A stretch of DNA of 64,000 nt from Candidatus Aminicenantes bacterium. GTDB lineage: Bacteria > Acidobacteriota > Aminicenantia > Aminicenantales > JAFGBC01. Below are positions 8,741 to 18,138 of the stretch, one piece after another. The DNA lies in the NCBI GenBank assembly GCA_963702005.1, contig OY969696.1:1024001-1088000 (forward strand), written 5' to 3'. The stretch's first letter is position 1. Each line of letters opens with the position of its first letter. The notes below the pieces were generated by a model. That model was not told the DNA's origin. It saw nothing but the letters and a program-made list of their open reading frames with translations, and searched no databases. The position numbers were made by a program, and so were the translations under genes.

Positions 8741-9520
8741 ATGAAACACAACAAGCCGTTGGCCTCGATCTTGGGGCTCATCGTTATCCTCGGCGTCTTG
8801 CCCGCCGCTATTCGTTCCCAGGAAGCTCAGCCGCAGCTCTATCTCGCGGGCGATTTCCTGGCCGACACCTCTCGAGTCGGCGAATATGAGGCGGCCCTCA
8901 AGGAACTCCTGGCCAACCTGGAAAAGCACGGCTTCCCCTTTCGCCTCGATATCTACAGTACGCACGACAGCCATTATTACCTGGTCTTTCCATTAAAAAA
9001 CTATGCTGACGCCGACCTGTGGATTAAGGCCTGGGGAGAGTTGGGGCGGAAGATGGGGCCGCAAAATCTGCAGGCGGTTCATGGCCGAATCGTCGCCTGC
9101 GAGATCGAACGCGTCTATCAGTTCTGGTATTACCGTCCCGATATCTCGTTTCTCCCGGAAAAGGAGCGCTTAGAAACGGAAGAAATCGGCTATACCACCT
9201 GGGATTTCGTCTGGGTCATCCCGGGGAAAGAGGCGGAATTCGAGGCCATCAACAAGGAGTGGATCGCCCTTAGCAAAGCCAAGAAGGCGCGGGATCCTTT
9301 CTTGACCTTTGTGGGCGACCTGGGCACGAAGATGCCGGTTTATGTCTGGATGGAGTACGGTAAAAGCGCCGCGGATTATGCCGCCGCGGAAGAAATTTTC
9401 TGGAAGGGGATGGGGGAGGAGGGCGCCGCGCTGTCGAAGAGGACCCGGGCCCTTATCAGGAAAATGGAGTCGAAAACCGGACGGTATCGGCCCGACCTCT
9501 CCTATGCCCCGAAGAAATAG
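8741..9520 (+). CDS. Secreted protein with two NIPSNAP-like / dimeric alpha-beta barrel repeats
   Basis: Signal peptide; two similar halves ending YYRPDISF and RYRPDLSY; PGKEAEFE motif. RBS aggaggg. Confidence 0.6.
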   Translation: MKHNKPLASILGLIVILGVLPAAIRSQEAQPQLYLAGDFLADTSRVGEYEAALKELLANLEKHGFPFRLDIYSTHDSHYYLVFPLKNYADADLWIKAWGELGRKMGPQNLQAVHGRIVACEIERVYQFWYYRPDISFLPEKERLETEEIGYTTWDFVWVIPGKEAEFEAINKEWIALSKAKKARDPFLTFVGDLGTKMPVYVWMEYGKSAADYAAAEEIFWKGMGEEGAALSKRTRALIRKMESKTGRYRPDLSYAPKK

Positions 9521-9534
9521 CCCATCCGGTCTTT

Positions 9535-10536
9535 CTACAGTCCGATGGCGATCCCCGCTTTCAGTTGAAAGCCGGAGATGTCCAGGAAAAACCTGGTTGT
9601 GCCTCCCCAGTAGGACCAGTAGGAAGCGTCGTAATTATTGCCCGCCATCAAACCATAGAGACGGCCCCAATCTCGATAGACATCGTACGGAACCTGCAAC
9701 CACAGCTTGTCGTCCCAATTTTCGGAGTGGACGATCGGTTCAGCGCCGGGGTTCCGAATTTCCGTTCGGAGGGTTCCGGGGCCCTTCAAATCGGAGGTGT
9801 GGCGGAAGGCGAAGCCGCCTTCGGCGAAGAGGCTGAGAAATTTCACCGGACGGATGCGGAGCCGGGCGCCTATCTCGCCGCAGATTCCGGTGTTACGGCC
9901 GGTCATATCCAAGATCGTTGTCGTTTCGTAGCGCCGGCCTTGGCTGTCGACGATGATATCGCGGCGTTCGAAGCTGGACCGGCACTCGGCGAACATCGGG
10001 CCGCCGCCGATGAACAGCTCGAACCGGAGCGCCGATAGAAAGTTCCATCCGAAGCGCGCCTGGAGTTCCGGAATCCAGCCCGAGGCCGAGAGTTGGAAGG
10101 AGGGGAGGCGGTATTCGGCGCCGCTCCCGTCGGGGGCGGTGACGACCATGCCGACGGTGGAACTGCGGTCGCCTTTCACGCGCTGAATCCCGAGCGACAA
10201 AGTGAGCGTTGGGGTGGCCTTGTAGGTGAGGCGGACGCCGAATGGGAGGACGCGGTCCAGGGACCGGATCCGGGAGTCGCCGGTCCGGGTCGTTGTCGCA
10301 TCCTTGCCGTAAATGAATTCGTATTTATCGATGGTGAAAAAATTCAGGTAGGATTCCTCGTACCGGGAGATGGTGTTGAGCTCTTTGGGATTGATTTTCG
10401 AGAATCCGCCGTAGATTTCCAGGCCGAAATTGGCGAAGCTGAACGGTAAGCCTTGTTCTTGGGCTTGGACGGGCTGCGGAAAAATGGCGATACAAGCGGC
10501 GAAGAGAGCGAATACGACCCCATATCTTGTTTTCAA
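9535..10536 (-). CDS. Outer-membrane beta-barrel protein (OmpA/OmpW-like with long loops)
   Basis: Signal peptide (VQA), amphipathic strands, C-terminal LDISGFQLKAGIAIGL; TTG start with aaggagg RBS. Similar to the barrel of 16968-18095. Confidence 0.7.
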   Translation of the reverse strand: MKTRYGVVFALFAACIAIFPQPVQAQEQGLPFSFANFGLEIYGGFSKINPKELNTISRYEESYLNFFTIDKYEFIYGKDATTTRTGDSRIRSLDRVLPFGVRLTYKATPTLTLSLGIQRVKGDRSSTVGMVVTAPDGSGAEYRLPSFQLSASGWIPELQARFGWNFLSALRFELFIGGGPMFAECRSSFERRDIIVDSQGRRYETTTILDMTGRNTGICGEIGARLRIRPVKFLSLFAEGGFAFRHTSDLKGPGTLRTEIRNPGAEPIVHSENWDDKLWLQVPYDVYRDWGRLYGLMAGNNYDASYWSYWGGTTRFFLDISGFQLKAGIAIGL

Positions 10537-10653
10537 GGCATCCTCCTTCTCGCTGTTTCCATGGTCGAGATGATGATATTTGGGATAACGGGGATAATCA
10601 TAATATCCAATTATAATACGTCGGAACGAAGAAAAATGTTACCCGGGCGGCGA

Positions 10654-10774
10654 GGCGCGGCGGCCGGTCCTGATTGCTCGCTCCTAGAACCGATTCTTCA
10701 ATCCCCTCGCGGGATCCCACGGACGTAAGTCCGTGGAGCTTCAGGGCGGATTTTCAATTTTGGGAAGTCCGCTC
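10654..10774 (+). repeat. Repeat copy R4 (most diverged) carrying a small hairpin insertion at 10701-10743
   Basis: ggcgcggcggccggtcctgattgctcg...ttcttcaa[tcccctcgcgggatcccacggacgtaagtccgtggagcttca]gggcggattttc..gggaagtccgctc. Confidence 0.7.
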
Positions 10775-10812
10775 ACCAACACCGAACCGGATCTGAGCTT
10801 TGCTTAATTCAG

Positions 10813-10919
10813 GTTACTACGGGGAGCAGAATAAACATTGCATAATCCTTGCTGCTCCCCGAGTACTAGCCGGGCGATAAGGAAATATGGAGTCAACTAT
10901 ATTTCGCCCGGCTTAGTAA
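10813..10919. repeat. 107-bp double-hairpin dispersed element, copy 1
   Basis: Reverse complement aligns with 57263-57369; stems conserved, loops partly diverged. Confidence 0.85.
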
Positions 10920-12109
10920 TGAGATAGAGCAAGCCCCCCCGTCCGGGGCTCGAAGTCCAGCACCACAAAAGACTCTTGGTCGGGGCGTCCCGGAGCGATA
11001 TGGAGCTCCGGATGATCGCCCAGGACCATTATGGTGCACCCGTATGTTCCCGCGTTGTTAATCCCGGAGTTGCGGTCGGAGAACACGCGTTTGAGAACGG
11101 CCAGGTCGAGAGCCGCCGCGTTGTCCTTGAATGTTTCCTGGAGAAATCTGAACCTGGGGCAGCGGGCTTTATAGGCTTCCAGAGTCATGCCCTTTTTATT
11201 GAGTCCCTCGATGAACCTCGGATTGAAGTCGTCGTTGGCCAGCGGATGGTTCGTGTGGTAAGTGAATTCGGCGCCTTCAAAGGGGATGAATTCGACCATC
11301 CGGTTCGCCGAGCGCTCGAAGCCGGCGCCCTCCTTCGGGCCGCCGATGACATAGTTCTGGGGAGCGGCCGGCTGGATCTCTTTGAGGAAGCGAACGGCAT
11401 CCTGATAGGTTTTTTGCCGGAGAATCCCCCTGATGACGAAGTCGACGGGGAGGCCTTTGGCGGAGTAGGCGAGCTGGGTGACGGCGTTGACGCAAACGGC
11501 GACGGAGCGGTCGTTCAGGCCGTTCGCGGCCACAACTCCCGGGATCGTAAAAACGAGGGCGTCCGGCTCGTCGGCGTTTCCCTCGATGCGCAGAACCGTC
11601 TGGTATCCGTGATAAAAGGCCGGGATATCCAGGTTCTGAGCGACCAGAGCGGGCGAACCGCCCCTTCTTCGGGCGCCGATGGACGTGCACTTCGAAAGGC
11701 CGAGGTCGTCGCTCATGACCCAGGTCTCGTCGATGAGCTGGTAAGCGTACATGGTCGTAAAATCGATCCCGGCGCCGTCGGCGATGCCGCGGACTTCGTC
11801 CAGGAGTCCGGGCGTCCAGCGTTCGATGGCGGGCTGGAAGTCTGTCGCCTCGAGAAGCCTTTGGATATAGGTCGTCGCCGGAACAGAGAAGTTCTTTTCG
11901 AGGTCCGCTTTCCAGCGTTTGACGAGCTCCTGGATTTCCGGCTTGAGGCTCCGGCCGTGGATTTGCCCCTGCTCGTAGGGCGTTCCCTTGAGCTCAATAA
12001 CCCGGAGCTTCCCTTCTCCTGCCGTAGGCGAAGAGTCCTCCGGCATAATGGCAAGTGAAACGATGAGGACGAAGAATACGGATGAAAAAAGAAGACGCCA
12101 TTTTCGCAT
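10913..12109 (-). CDS. Peptidase C45 family Ntn-hydrolase (acyl-CoA:6-APA acyltransferase-like), secreted
   Basis: GTPYEQGQIHG, EVRGIADGAG, nucleophile CTSIG, AQNLD, GLND..V, HTNH. Confidence 0.85.
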   Translation of the reverse strand: MRKWRLLFSSVFFVLIVSLAIMPEDSSPTAGEGKLRVIELKGTPYEQGQIHGRSLKPEIQELVKRWKADLEKNFSVPATTYIQRLLEATDFQPAIERWTPGLLDEVRGIADGAGIDFTTMYAYQLIDETWVMSDDLGLSKCTSIGARRRGGSPALVAQNLDIPAFYHGYQTVLRIEGNADEPDALVFTIPGVVAANGLNDRSVAVCVNAVTQLAYSAKGLPVDFVIRGILRQKTYQDAVRFLKEIQPAAPQNYVIGGPKEGAGFERSANRMVEFIPFEGAEFTYHTNHPLANDDFNPRFIEGLNKKGMTLEAYKARCPRFRFLQETFKDNAAALDLAVLKRVFSDRNSGINNAGTYGCTIMVLGDHPELHIAPGRPDQESFVVLDFEPRTGGLALSHY

Positions 12110-12214
12110 GGAAAGACTATATCACGATCTGCTTATCTTGACATCACTGCGCAGCCGGCGATATAGTCGTCAAATCGCTTTCCGCATGCTGCTTGCAATT
12201 ATGGAGAACCAGCC

Positions 12215-13729
12215 ATGAAGATGTTGGGTTTGCGCATCTCGATTATGAGACGAGTTTGCTATTCTTTCGTTTTGGCGCTTCTTCTGCATACATTTCTTCA
12301 GGCTCAACCCGGTCCGGAGGGATTACGAATCGTGTTCATGGAACCGGATTCAACCCATGAAACCGGTTCATTGCCCGCGTTCCGTGCTGTTGCGGATACG
12401 GCCCGGCTCCAGATGTACCGTGCCTGGCTCGATAATGATGCGGCGCGCTGGGCGTTCGATCTGTATCGGCGCGCATGGGCTATTGAGCGGGGATACGATC
12501 CGACGCTCCCGCCCGAAGCGGTCTATTACATTGCCCTGGTTCCGGGTGGAAATCATGCCGCCGTGGGGTTTCGATTATTCGAAAATGCGGACGTTCAAGA
12601 CTATCCGAGGGCGACCTACATCAAGCTGGCCCCGGACGATTGGCTGTTCGACTCGACACTGCTCCATGAGACCGGCCATATGCTGCTCGCCATTTTGAAC
12701 GGGGGAAGGGAAGTGCCGAAGAGGGAGATCGCAGCGATCCCCCATACCACGGCCGCCCTCACCGACCGCGGCACGGCCTTCGATGAAGGATTTGCCATCC
12801 ACCTCGAAACGCTCGCGGCGCATTTCCTGTCAGGCCCGGTTATTAAGGACCGCTACGACCATCAGCGGTTCATGTTCGGCACGCCGTTGCTGCAGGGAGA
12901 ATACCATCGGCCGGCGGGAGATCTGCTCAGCTTCTCGCAAACCCGGGCTCGCTATTTCGAGGTGCGGGAGAATTATTTTGCCTTCGGCCCGGCCTTCAAA
13001 GGGCCCGATTATCTGCGCGTCGAGATGGAAAAGGGGAGAGATTTTGCCGCCCTGCGCGATGCGAACCAGCTTCTGCAATCGGAAGGGTTTACGGCAACCT
13101 TCTTCTTCGGTTTCCTTCTCCGCGGAGACCGCCCGGTCGCCGCGGACATCGTCTCTCAGCGGCAGACGGAGATGCTGGAAACCCTGGCGGCGATGTTTTC
13201 GACGGAGGAGAAGAGCGCGGAGTCGCCTTTCATCTTGGATTTCATTCGAACCTTCATGAAAAAGCATCCGGGCGAAGCGAAGGAGGCGCTGGATGTCCTG
13301 CTCGATCTTTCCCACGGCGTGTTCGTCGACCGGGCCGCCCCCAAACTTTGGCGCGACCACTATCTGAATGCCCTTCGGCTGGATTTGAAGGAGAAAAAAA
13401 ACACGGAGATCGAGGCGGCGAGAGACCGCTGGCGAAGCGAGGCGTTAAAAGACCCGAAGGCCCTGTATTCTCTTGTCGGGCCTCAGATTCGCTGCGAAGT
13501 TTCGGAGCGTTCGGTGCTGCTGGTGGCGTTTGAAGAACCCGCGCCGCTCTCATTCGATTTGAACACCGTCGAAGAAGGCGTCATCAGGATGGTCCCGGGA
13601 ATCAGCGACGGGGAAGTTGAATCATGGCTGGCGCAGCGGGCGATAAAGGCCTTTAGCGACGTCGCTGATTTTAAGAAACGAGGCGGATTAAGCGCCGCGG
13701 CGCTTCAGCACATGAGATTCAAGGAATAA
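12215..13729 (+). CDS. Secreted HExxH (gluzincin-like) protein with C-terminal helix-hairpin-helix domain
   Basis: LLHETGH, downstream AFDEGFA, C-terminal FDLNT.....I..VPGIS......R....F.DVADF. TTGACA/TATAGT promoter at ~12138-12167. Confidence 0.6.
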   Translation: MKMLGLRISIMRRVCYSFVLALLLHTFLQAQPGPEGLRIVFMEPDSTHETGSLPAFRAVADTARLQMYRAWLDNDAARWAFDLYRRAWAIERGYDPTLPPEAVYYIALVPGGNHAAVGFRLFENADVQDYPRATYIKLAPDDWLFDSTLLHETGHMLLAILNGGREVPKREIAAIPHTTAALTDRGTAFDEGFAIHLETLAAHFLSGPVIKDRYDHQRFMFGTPLLQGEYHRPAGDLLSFSQTRARYFEVRENYFAFGPAFKGPDYLRVEMEKGRDFAALRDANQLLQSEGFTATFFFGFLLRGDRPVAADIVSQRQTEMLETLAAMFSTEEKSAESPFILDFIRTFMKKHPGEAKEALDVLLDLSHGVFVDRAAPKLWRDHYLNALRLDLKEKKNTEIEAARDRWRSEALKDPKALYSLVGPQIRCEVSERSVLLVAFEEPAPLSFDLNTVEEGVIRMVPGISDGEVESWLAQRAIKAFSDVADFKKRGGLSAAALQHMRFKE

Positions 13730-13916
13730 ATCCCAACGGCTGAAACGGCGCGGCGAACGGGAATTTTAGTGGGCTCCTCTTTCATTTTCTTGGAACGAGA
13801 TCGTTGACGCCGCCGCGGACCTTGGGGATCTCTGAAAAAGTTGAGCGCGATCTCGGGGCTGGAAGGGGAGGCTTTATTTCCTATAGAATAGTGATGGATT
13901 GACAAGGAGGACCGTT

Positions 13917-14216
13917 ATGCCGGAACATCCGCTGGCGACGTTGGGAAAACTCGACCCAAAGATGATGGATCACCTCAGGGAAATCAACGACCTCATCTAC
14001 GGGCCGGGAGCGCTCCCCAGGAAATTCAAACTCCTCTTGGCAATGGCCTTCGACGCGGCCCACGGAGCAGACCAGGGCGTGAGGGCGCTGGCCCAGCAGG
14101 CCATCAAGGAAGGCGCGACAAAGGAGGAGATCGCGGAAGCCCTCAGGGTCGCTTATCACCTGTCCGGTGTCGGGACGCTCTACACGGCTTCGAACGGACT
14201 CAAAGACATCTTCTGA
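13917..14216 (+). CDS. Carboxymuconolactone decarboxylase (CMD/AhpD-like) family protein
   Basis: GALPRKFKLLLAMA...A...GATKEEIAEAL; RBS aggagg. Confidence 0.85.
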   Translation: MPEHPLATLGKLDPKMMDHLREINDLIYGPGALPRKFKLLLAMAFDAAHGADQGVRALAQQAIKEGATKEEIAEALRVAYHLSGVGTLYTASNGLKDIF

Positions 14217-14307
14217 CCGGCCTCAACTTGACACCGTTTTCGGGCCGGTGATATCGTCACGTCGTACTGCGCGTGCGAGAATTCGAGGCTTGAGGAAGGA
14301 GAGAGCC

Positions 14308-15360
14308 GTGAAGCGGATTATCATCCCCTTGATCGCGTTGACCGCGGTTCTGTCGATCGCCGGTCCGCCGGGCATCGGCCAAACGACATCGAAAGGCTCG
14401 ACGGCCGCGCAGCCCGGTAGCGCGCCGGCGGAGGAATTCAAGGTCTGGAAGGTGCCCAACATTCCCGAGGGCGCCGAATGCTATTTTTCCCCCGACGGAA
14501 AGTCGCTCATCTTCAACGGCAAGACGGCGGACAACCAGAACCATCAGGTTTATACCGTCCGCTTGGACGGGACGGACTTGAAGCGGATCAACGACCGGGG
14601 CGTTGACGCCTGTTCCTTTTTCAACCCCAACGGGCACGGCCTGATCTGGACCTCGACCCGGGACAACCTCGACCTGCCGCCCGGGAATTTTTCCGACGTG
14701 AAAAATTACCCGCAGGGTGCCGAGATCTACATTTCCGACCTGGAGGGCGGAAACGTCGTCCGCTTGACGCACAATCAAGTCTATGATGCCGAAGTCACCT
14801 ATGCCCCCGACGGGCACAAGATCCTGTTCGGCCGCCAAGTCGAAGGCCGGATGGACCTGTGGACGATGGACCCCGACGGCGAGAACCAGACGCAGATCAC
14901 CTTTACCCCGGATTGGCAGGAGGGCGGCGCCGTCTTTCTTCCCGACAGCAAGACGATCATCACCCGGGCCTGGAAGAAGTCCGAGCAGGACCTGCCGGCG
15001 AGATCCATGCAGCTGTTTCTCCTCGAAGAGGACGGCTCGAATATGCGGCAGATCACGACGGAGGAAGGGACACACTGGTCTCCTTATCCCGCGCCCGACG
15101 GCCTCCATGCCGTCTATGTCCGGGTCCTCCCCCCGCGCAATTTCGAAATCTTCCTGTTGAACTTGAAGACGGGGGAGGAAAAACGACTGACGGCCGATCC
15201 CGCCTTCGACGGCTTTCCCTCGATCTCACCCGATGGGCGGCTGATGGCCTTCTCGTCGAGCCGGGGCGCCAAGCCCGGAGAACGGACCTTAAGCCTTTAT
15301 TTGATGGACATATCGCCGCTTCGGCTGGGCGGGACTCCGGCCGGCGCCCCGGGCGACTAA
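14308..15360 (+). CDS. Secreted TolB-like PD40 beta-propeller protein
   Basis: Signal peptide from GTG 14308; repeated SPDG/APDG motifs; YDAE and FDGFP. Confidence 0.85.
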   Translation: MKRIIIPLIALTAVLSIAGPPGIGQTTSKGSTAAQPGSAPAEEFKVWKVPNIPEGAECYFSPDGKSLIFNGKTADNQNHQVYTVRLDGTDLKRINDRGVDACSFFNPNGHGLIWTSTRDNLDLPPGNFSDVKNYPQGAEIYISDLEGGNVVRLTHNQVYDAEVTYAPDGHKILFGRQVEGRMDLWTMDPDGENQTQITFTPDWQEGGAVFLPDSKTIITRAWKKSEQDLPARSMQLFLLEEDGSNMRQITTEEGTHWSPYPAPDGLHAVYVRVLPPRNFEIFLLNLKTGEEKRLTADPAFDGFPSISPDGRLMAFSSSRGAKPGERTLSLYLMDISPLRLGGTPAGAPGD

Positions 15361-16937
15361 CGATCGGCGGCGACCACCCAAGAGCCGCGCAGCGGTTTGG
15401 CCGAGACGGTAAATCCCGTGGTTTCGGCAAGGACCTCCCGACCGTCCTTGTCGAGAAGGGCGGCCTTGACGGCGTAGGCTCCGGGAACGAAGGCGTCCAG
15501 CGTGAATTCTTGGAGAAAATCCCGCCGGTTGTCGGAGTCGCCGACTTTTCGGCGCGAGGCCTGAAGGATAGTCCCCCCGCTCAAAATGGAATATTCCAGG
15601 CTGCCCTGCTCGATCAATTCGGGGCTCAAGCCGTACATCTGGAAAAACAAAAAAAGGTGATCCTTCGCCGAAAAGATATTCATCAAGGAGGGATAAAGCT
15701 GGACCGCTCCGACCTGGAAAGCCCGGCCGGCGCCCCCGGATGTGTCCCTGACGACATCCCGGGCCAGGACGAGCTGGCCCATCTGAAGCCGTCGGCCGTC
15801 GGGCACGGATATCTTTTTCTCGACCGAGGCGGATTCCTTGGAGACCGTATTTTCCAGCACCAGGTTCAAGGTATACGTCCCGGGCGAGAGAGGAAAGGCC
15901 CCGTAAAGCTCCAACGAATTCTCGGCCAGGGTTTTCAGCTCATCCCGGGTCATTTCGATGGGCGTGAATGTCTCGGTCTGGAGGACGCTTTTCCCTTCGG
16001 CGTCGGTCGCCCGAATCCGCGTTCGCAGGCCCGCGAAGTAGCGATCTTGAAAGAAATCGAGGCTGAGGATTTCGGGCGCGATGACATAGTTCGCCAGAAA
16101 CGGACCCAAGGGATCCTGAAGGACGCTCAAGGTCAAAGCGCTCTCCATGGGCCGAATCGCATTCCGGGGAGACGATTCGATTTCGGCGAGCAGTTGGGCC
16201 GAGCGAAGCGCTTGGCCGGGGTCGCAGAGTCCGGGGAACGAGGATATCGAAGCCTCGGCCAGCTCCCCCGTTACGGCCTCGGCCAGGATTCTGTAGGCTT
16301 GCTTGTCGGCCGCGGTCCAACCCGCCGGAAAGGGCATGCCCTCTCCGGCCGTTTCGGCCGGAACGCTCCGCGTCCCGCTTTTTCTTTGCTCGGGAAACGG
16401 GACAAGGCGCTTGGCTCCGTCCGAGACCGGGTTGTAGAGCTTGAATTCCTCGGCGCCGTATTCCTCGAAAAAAAGAAGCCGGAACAAGGTCGGCCGGTCG
16501 CGCCGGAGTTCTCTGAGATAGTACCAGATTTCGATGGGACAGATATCCGGGGTCGCGAATTTCCGGACATCAAGCGGCGGGCCCAAAAGGATCAGAGTCC
16601 GGCCGCGGTCCGTCTTCCATCCCGGCGGCGATCCTTCCCCGCCGAATCGCTCGTTCACGTAGTTGATTCTTCGGGCCTGCTCTTCGCGGAATTCGTTCCG
16701 GGGCGTACCGGGCGTCGGGTCCCGTTGTCTCCAGAATTCCTCGATGAAGAGATCCCGGTCCCGGTCCGTCGCCAGCTTCCCAAAGGCGTCCCTATCTTCG
16801 GGAGATAGGATGGTGACGACGTCCCGATCAAGCCAGGTTTCGTATTTTTTCGACAAGCCGGGCGTTTGGCTCCCGGACGGGAGCGAGAGCCAGGCGAGAC
16901 AAACAAGAACCAAGGCCGCCGGACGTGTGATTTTCAT
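15357..16937 (-). CDS. GWxTD domain protein lacking the C-terminal TPR region
   Basis: FIEEFWRQRDPTPGTPRNEFREE...GWKTDRGR..ILLGPP; signal peptide. Confidence 0.88.
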   Translation of the reverse strand: MKITRPAALVLVCLAWLSLPSGSQTPGLSKKYETWLDRDVVTILSPEDRDAFGKLATDRDRDLFIEEFWRQRDPTPGTPRNEFREEQARRINYVNERFGGEGSPPGWKTDRGRTLILLGPPLDVRKFATPDICPIEIWYYLRELRRDRPTLFRLLFFEEYGAEEFKLYNPVSDGAKRLVPFPEQRKSGTRSVPAETAGEGMPFPAGWTAADKQAYRILAEAVTGELAEASISSFPGLCDPGQALRSAQLLAEIESSPRNAIRPMESALTLSVLQDPLGPFLANYVIAPEILSLDFFQDRYFAGLRTRIRATDAEGKSVLQTETFTPIEMTRDELKTLAENSLELYGAFPLSPGTYTLNLVLENTVSKESASVEKKISVPDGRRLQMGQLVLARDVVRDTSGGAGRAFQVGAVQLYPSLMNIFSAKDHLFLFFQMYGLSPELIEQGSLEYSILSGGTILQASRRKVGDSDNRRDFLQEFTLDAFVPGAYAVKAALLDKDGREVLAETTGFTVSAKPLRGSWVVAADR

Positions 16938-16967
16938 GGATGCCTGTCTCCTCCCGCCGGCCGGACC

Positions 16968-18095
16968 TTAAAACAGAACTCTGAATCCGGCCGCCAAGCT
17001 CACTCCGGAGAGGTTTAAGATCGCCCGGTGGACGTTTCCCTGCCCCGAAGATTCCCCCTCGAGGACAGCCAGGCCGGGATGCGGCCCTTCGTCTTCGTAG
17101 TAAAGAAAGCCCTTTTTGACGGAGGTCCAGAACTGTAAGTCCCACAATTTTGAGACCGCCTCATCGCCCTTGAAATCGCTGATCCTGGCGTAGCGGCCTT
17201 GGACCTCCAGAAAAAACGCCGATCGCCGATACATGCGCAGCTCCAGTCCGACGCCCCCTTGGAGGCCGAGACCATGGGCTTTGACTTTCTGGCGAATCAG
17301 CTCGTTGCCTCGGTCGGCACGAAAATCGCGGCCGTACTCGAAGTTTACGAGATAGAGCGCGGGTCCCCCATTCAGCGAGATCGTCAACAAGCGGCTGAGG
17401 GGAAGATCATAGTAAAGTCCCGGTCTGAGGGCGATGATGGACAAGGACGACGAGCTCCAGGTTGTGAAGAATTGACCGGGCTGGCCGAAGTTGATCCGAA
17501 GAGAACCGTCGGCGTATGCATGGCCGTATTCGAACCTGAGCCCGGCGCCTAGGCGCCGCTTGACTCTGTAGAAAACGTCTCCGCTCAGGAGAAATACCGA
17601 GCGAAGCGGCTCCTCGCTGGTATCTTCGATGACCGCGCCTAAAGAGTCCGCGCTGTCGATGGCTCTCTCGAACATCCCCGAGGCGCCCCTTCTGAGATCG
17701 CCGCCGTTGAAAAGATAGAATCCTCCGCCCAGCCTCAAACCGATTCCGAAACCGCGATATTCGCCGGCCGCCTGTTCCCAGAAATCAGGCTTCTGCTCGG
17801 CCTTCTCCACGACCTCCACATCGCTCGACGATAGATATCCGAGAACCAGCAAGCCTTCCCGGCCGGGCTCGAGGATCACTCGAAACCACCTTCCTTCCTT
17901 GGCGAAGGATTTCAAGGTCGTCCCTTTGGCCGCGGTCGAGATGGCCGGACTTGACGGGTCCGGCTTCAGATGGATCCGGGCCTCGTCAACACGGATTTTA
18001 AGCGTCCATTCCCCGACTTCGGCGCTCCAGGCTTGAACGGAGAGCAGGATGAGACTCAAAGCGCAGGCCGCCGGCCAAAAGCATTTCGTTCTCAT
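16968..18095 (-). CDS. SH3-like domain plus outer-membrane beta-barrel protein
   Basis: Signal peptide, ARIHLKPD..SPAI....KGT.L.....EGRWFRV (bacterial SH3), C-terminal LNLSGVSLAAGFRVLF. Confidence 0.7.
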   Translation of the reverse strand: MRTKCFWPAACALSLILLSVQAWSAEVGEWTLKIRVDEARIHLKPDPSSPAISTAAKGTTLKSFAKEGRWFRVILEPGREGLLVLGYLSSSDVEVVEKAEQKPDFWEQAAGEYRGFGIGLRLGGGFYLFNGGDLRRGASGMFERAIDSADSLGAVIEDTSEEPLRSVFLLSGDVFYRVKRRLGAGLRFEYGHAYADGSLRINFGQPGQFFTTWSSSSLSIIALRPGLYYDLPLSRLLTISLNGGPALYLVNFEYGRDFRADRGNELIRQKVKAHGLGLQGGVGLELRMYRRSAFFLEVQGRYARISDFKGDEAVSKLWDLQFWTSVKKGFLYYEDEGPHPGLAVLEGESSGQGNVHRAILNLSGVSLAAGFRVLF

Positions 18096-18138
18096 GCTCG
18101 ACGCCCTTCCTTTCGGCCGCGTCTACCTTCTTTGGGGC

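Noticed and set aside
3231-10774. R1-R4 as a CRISPR array or integron attC array
   Set aside because: Spacing is kilobases and irregular, no cas or intI gene is present, no RYYYAAC/GTTRRRY cores were seen, and the unit is explained as an RRM-gene 3' end plus terminator.
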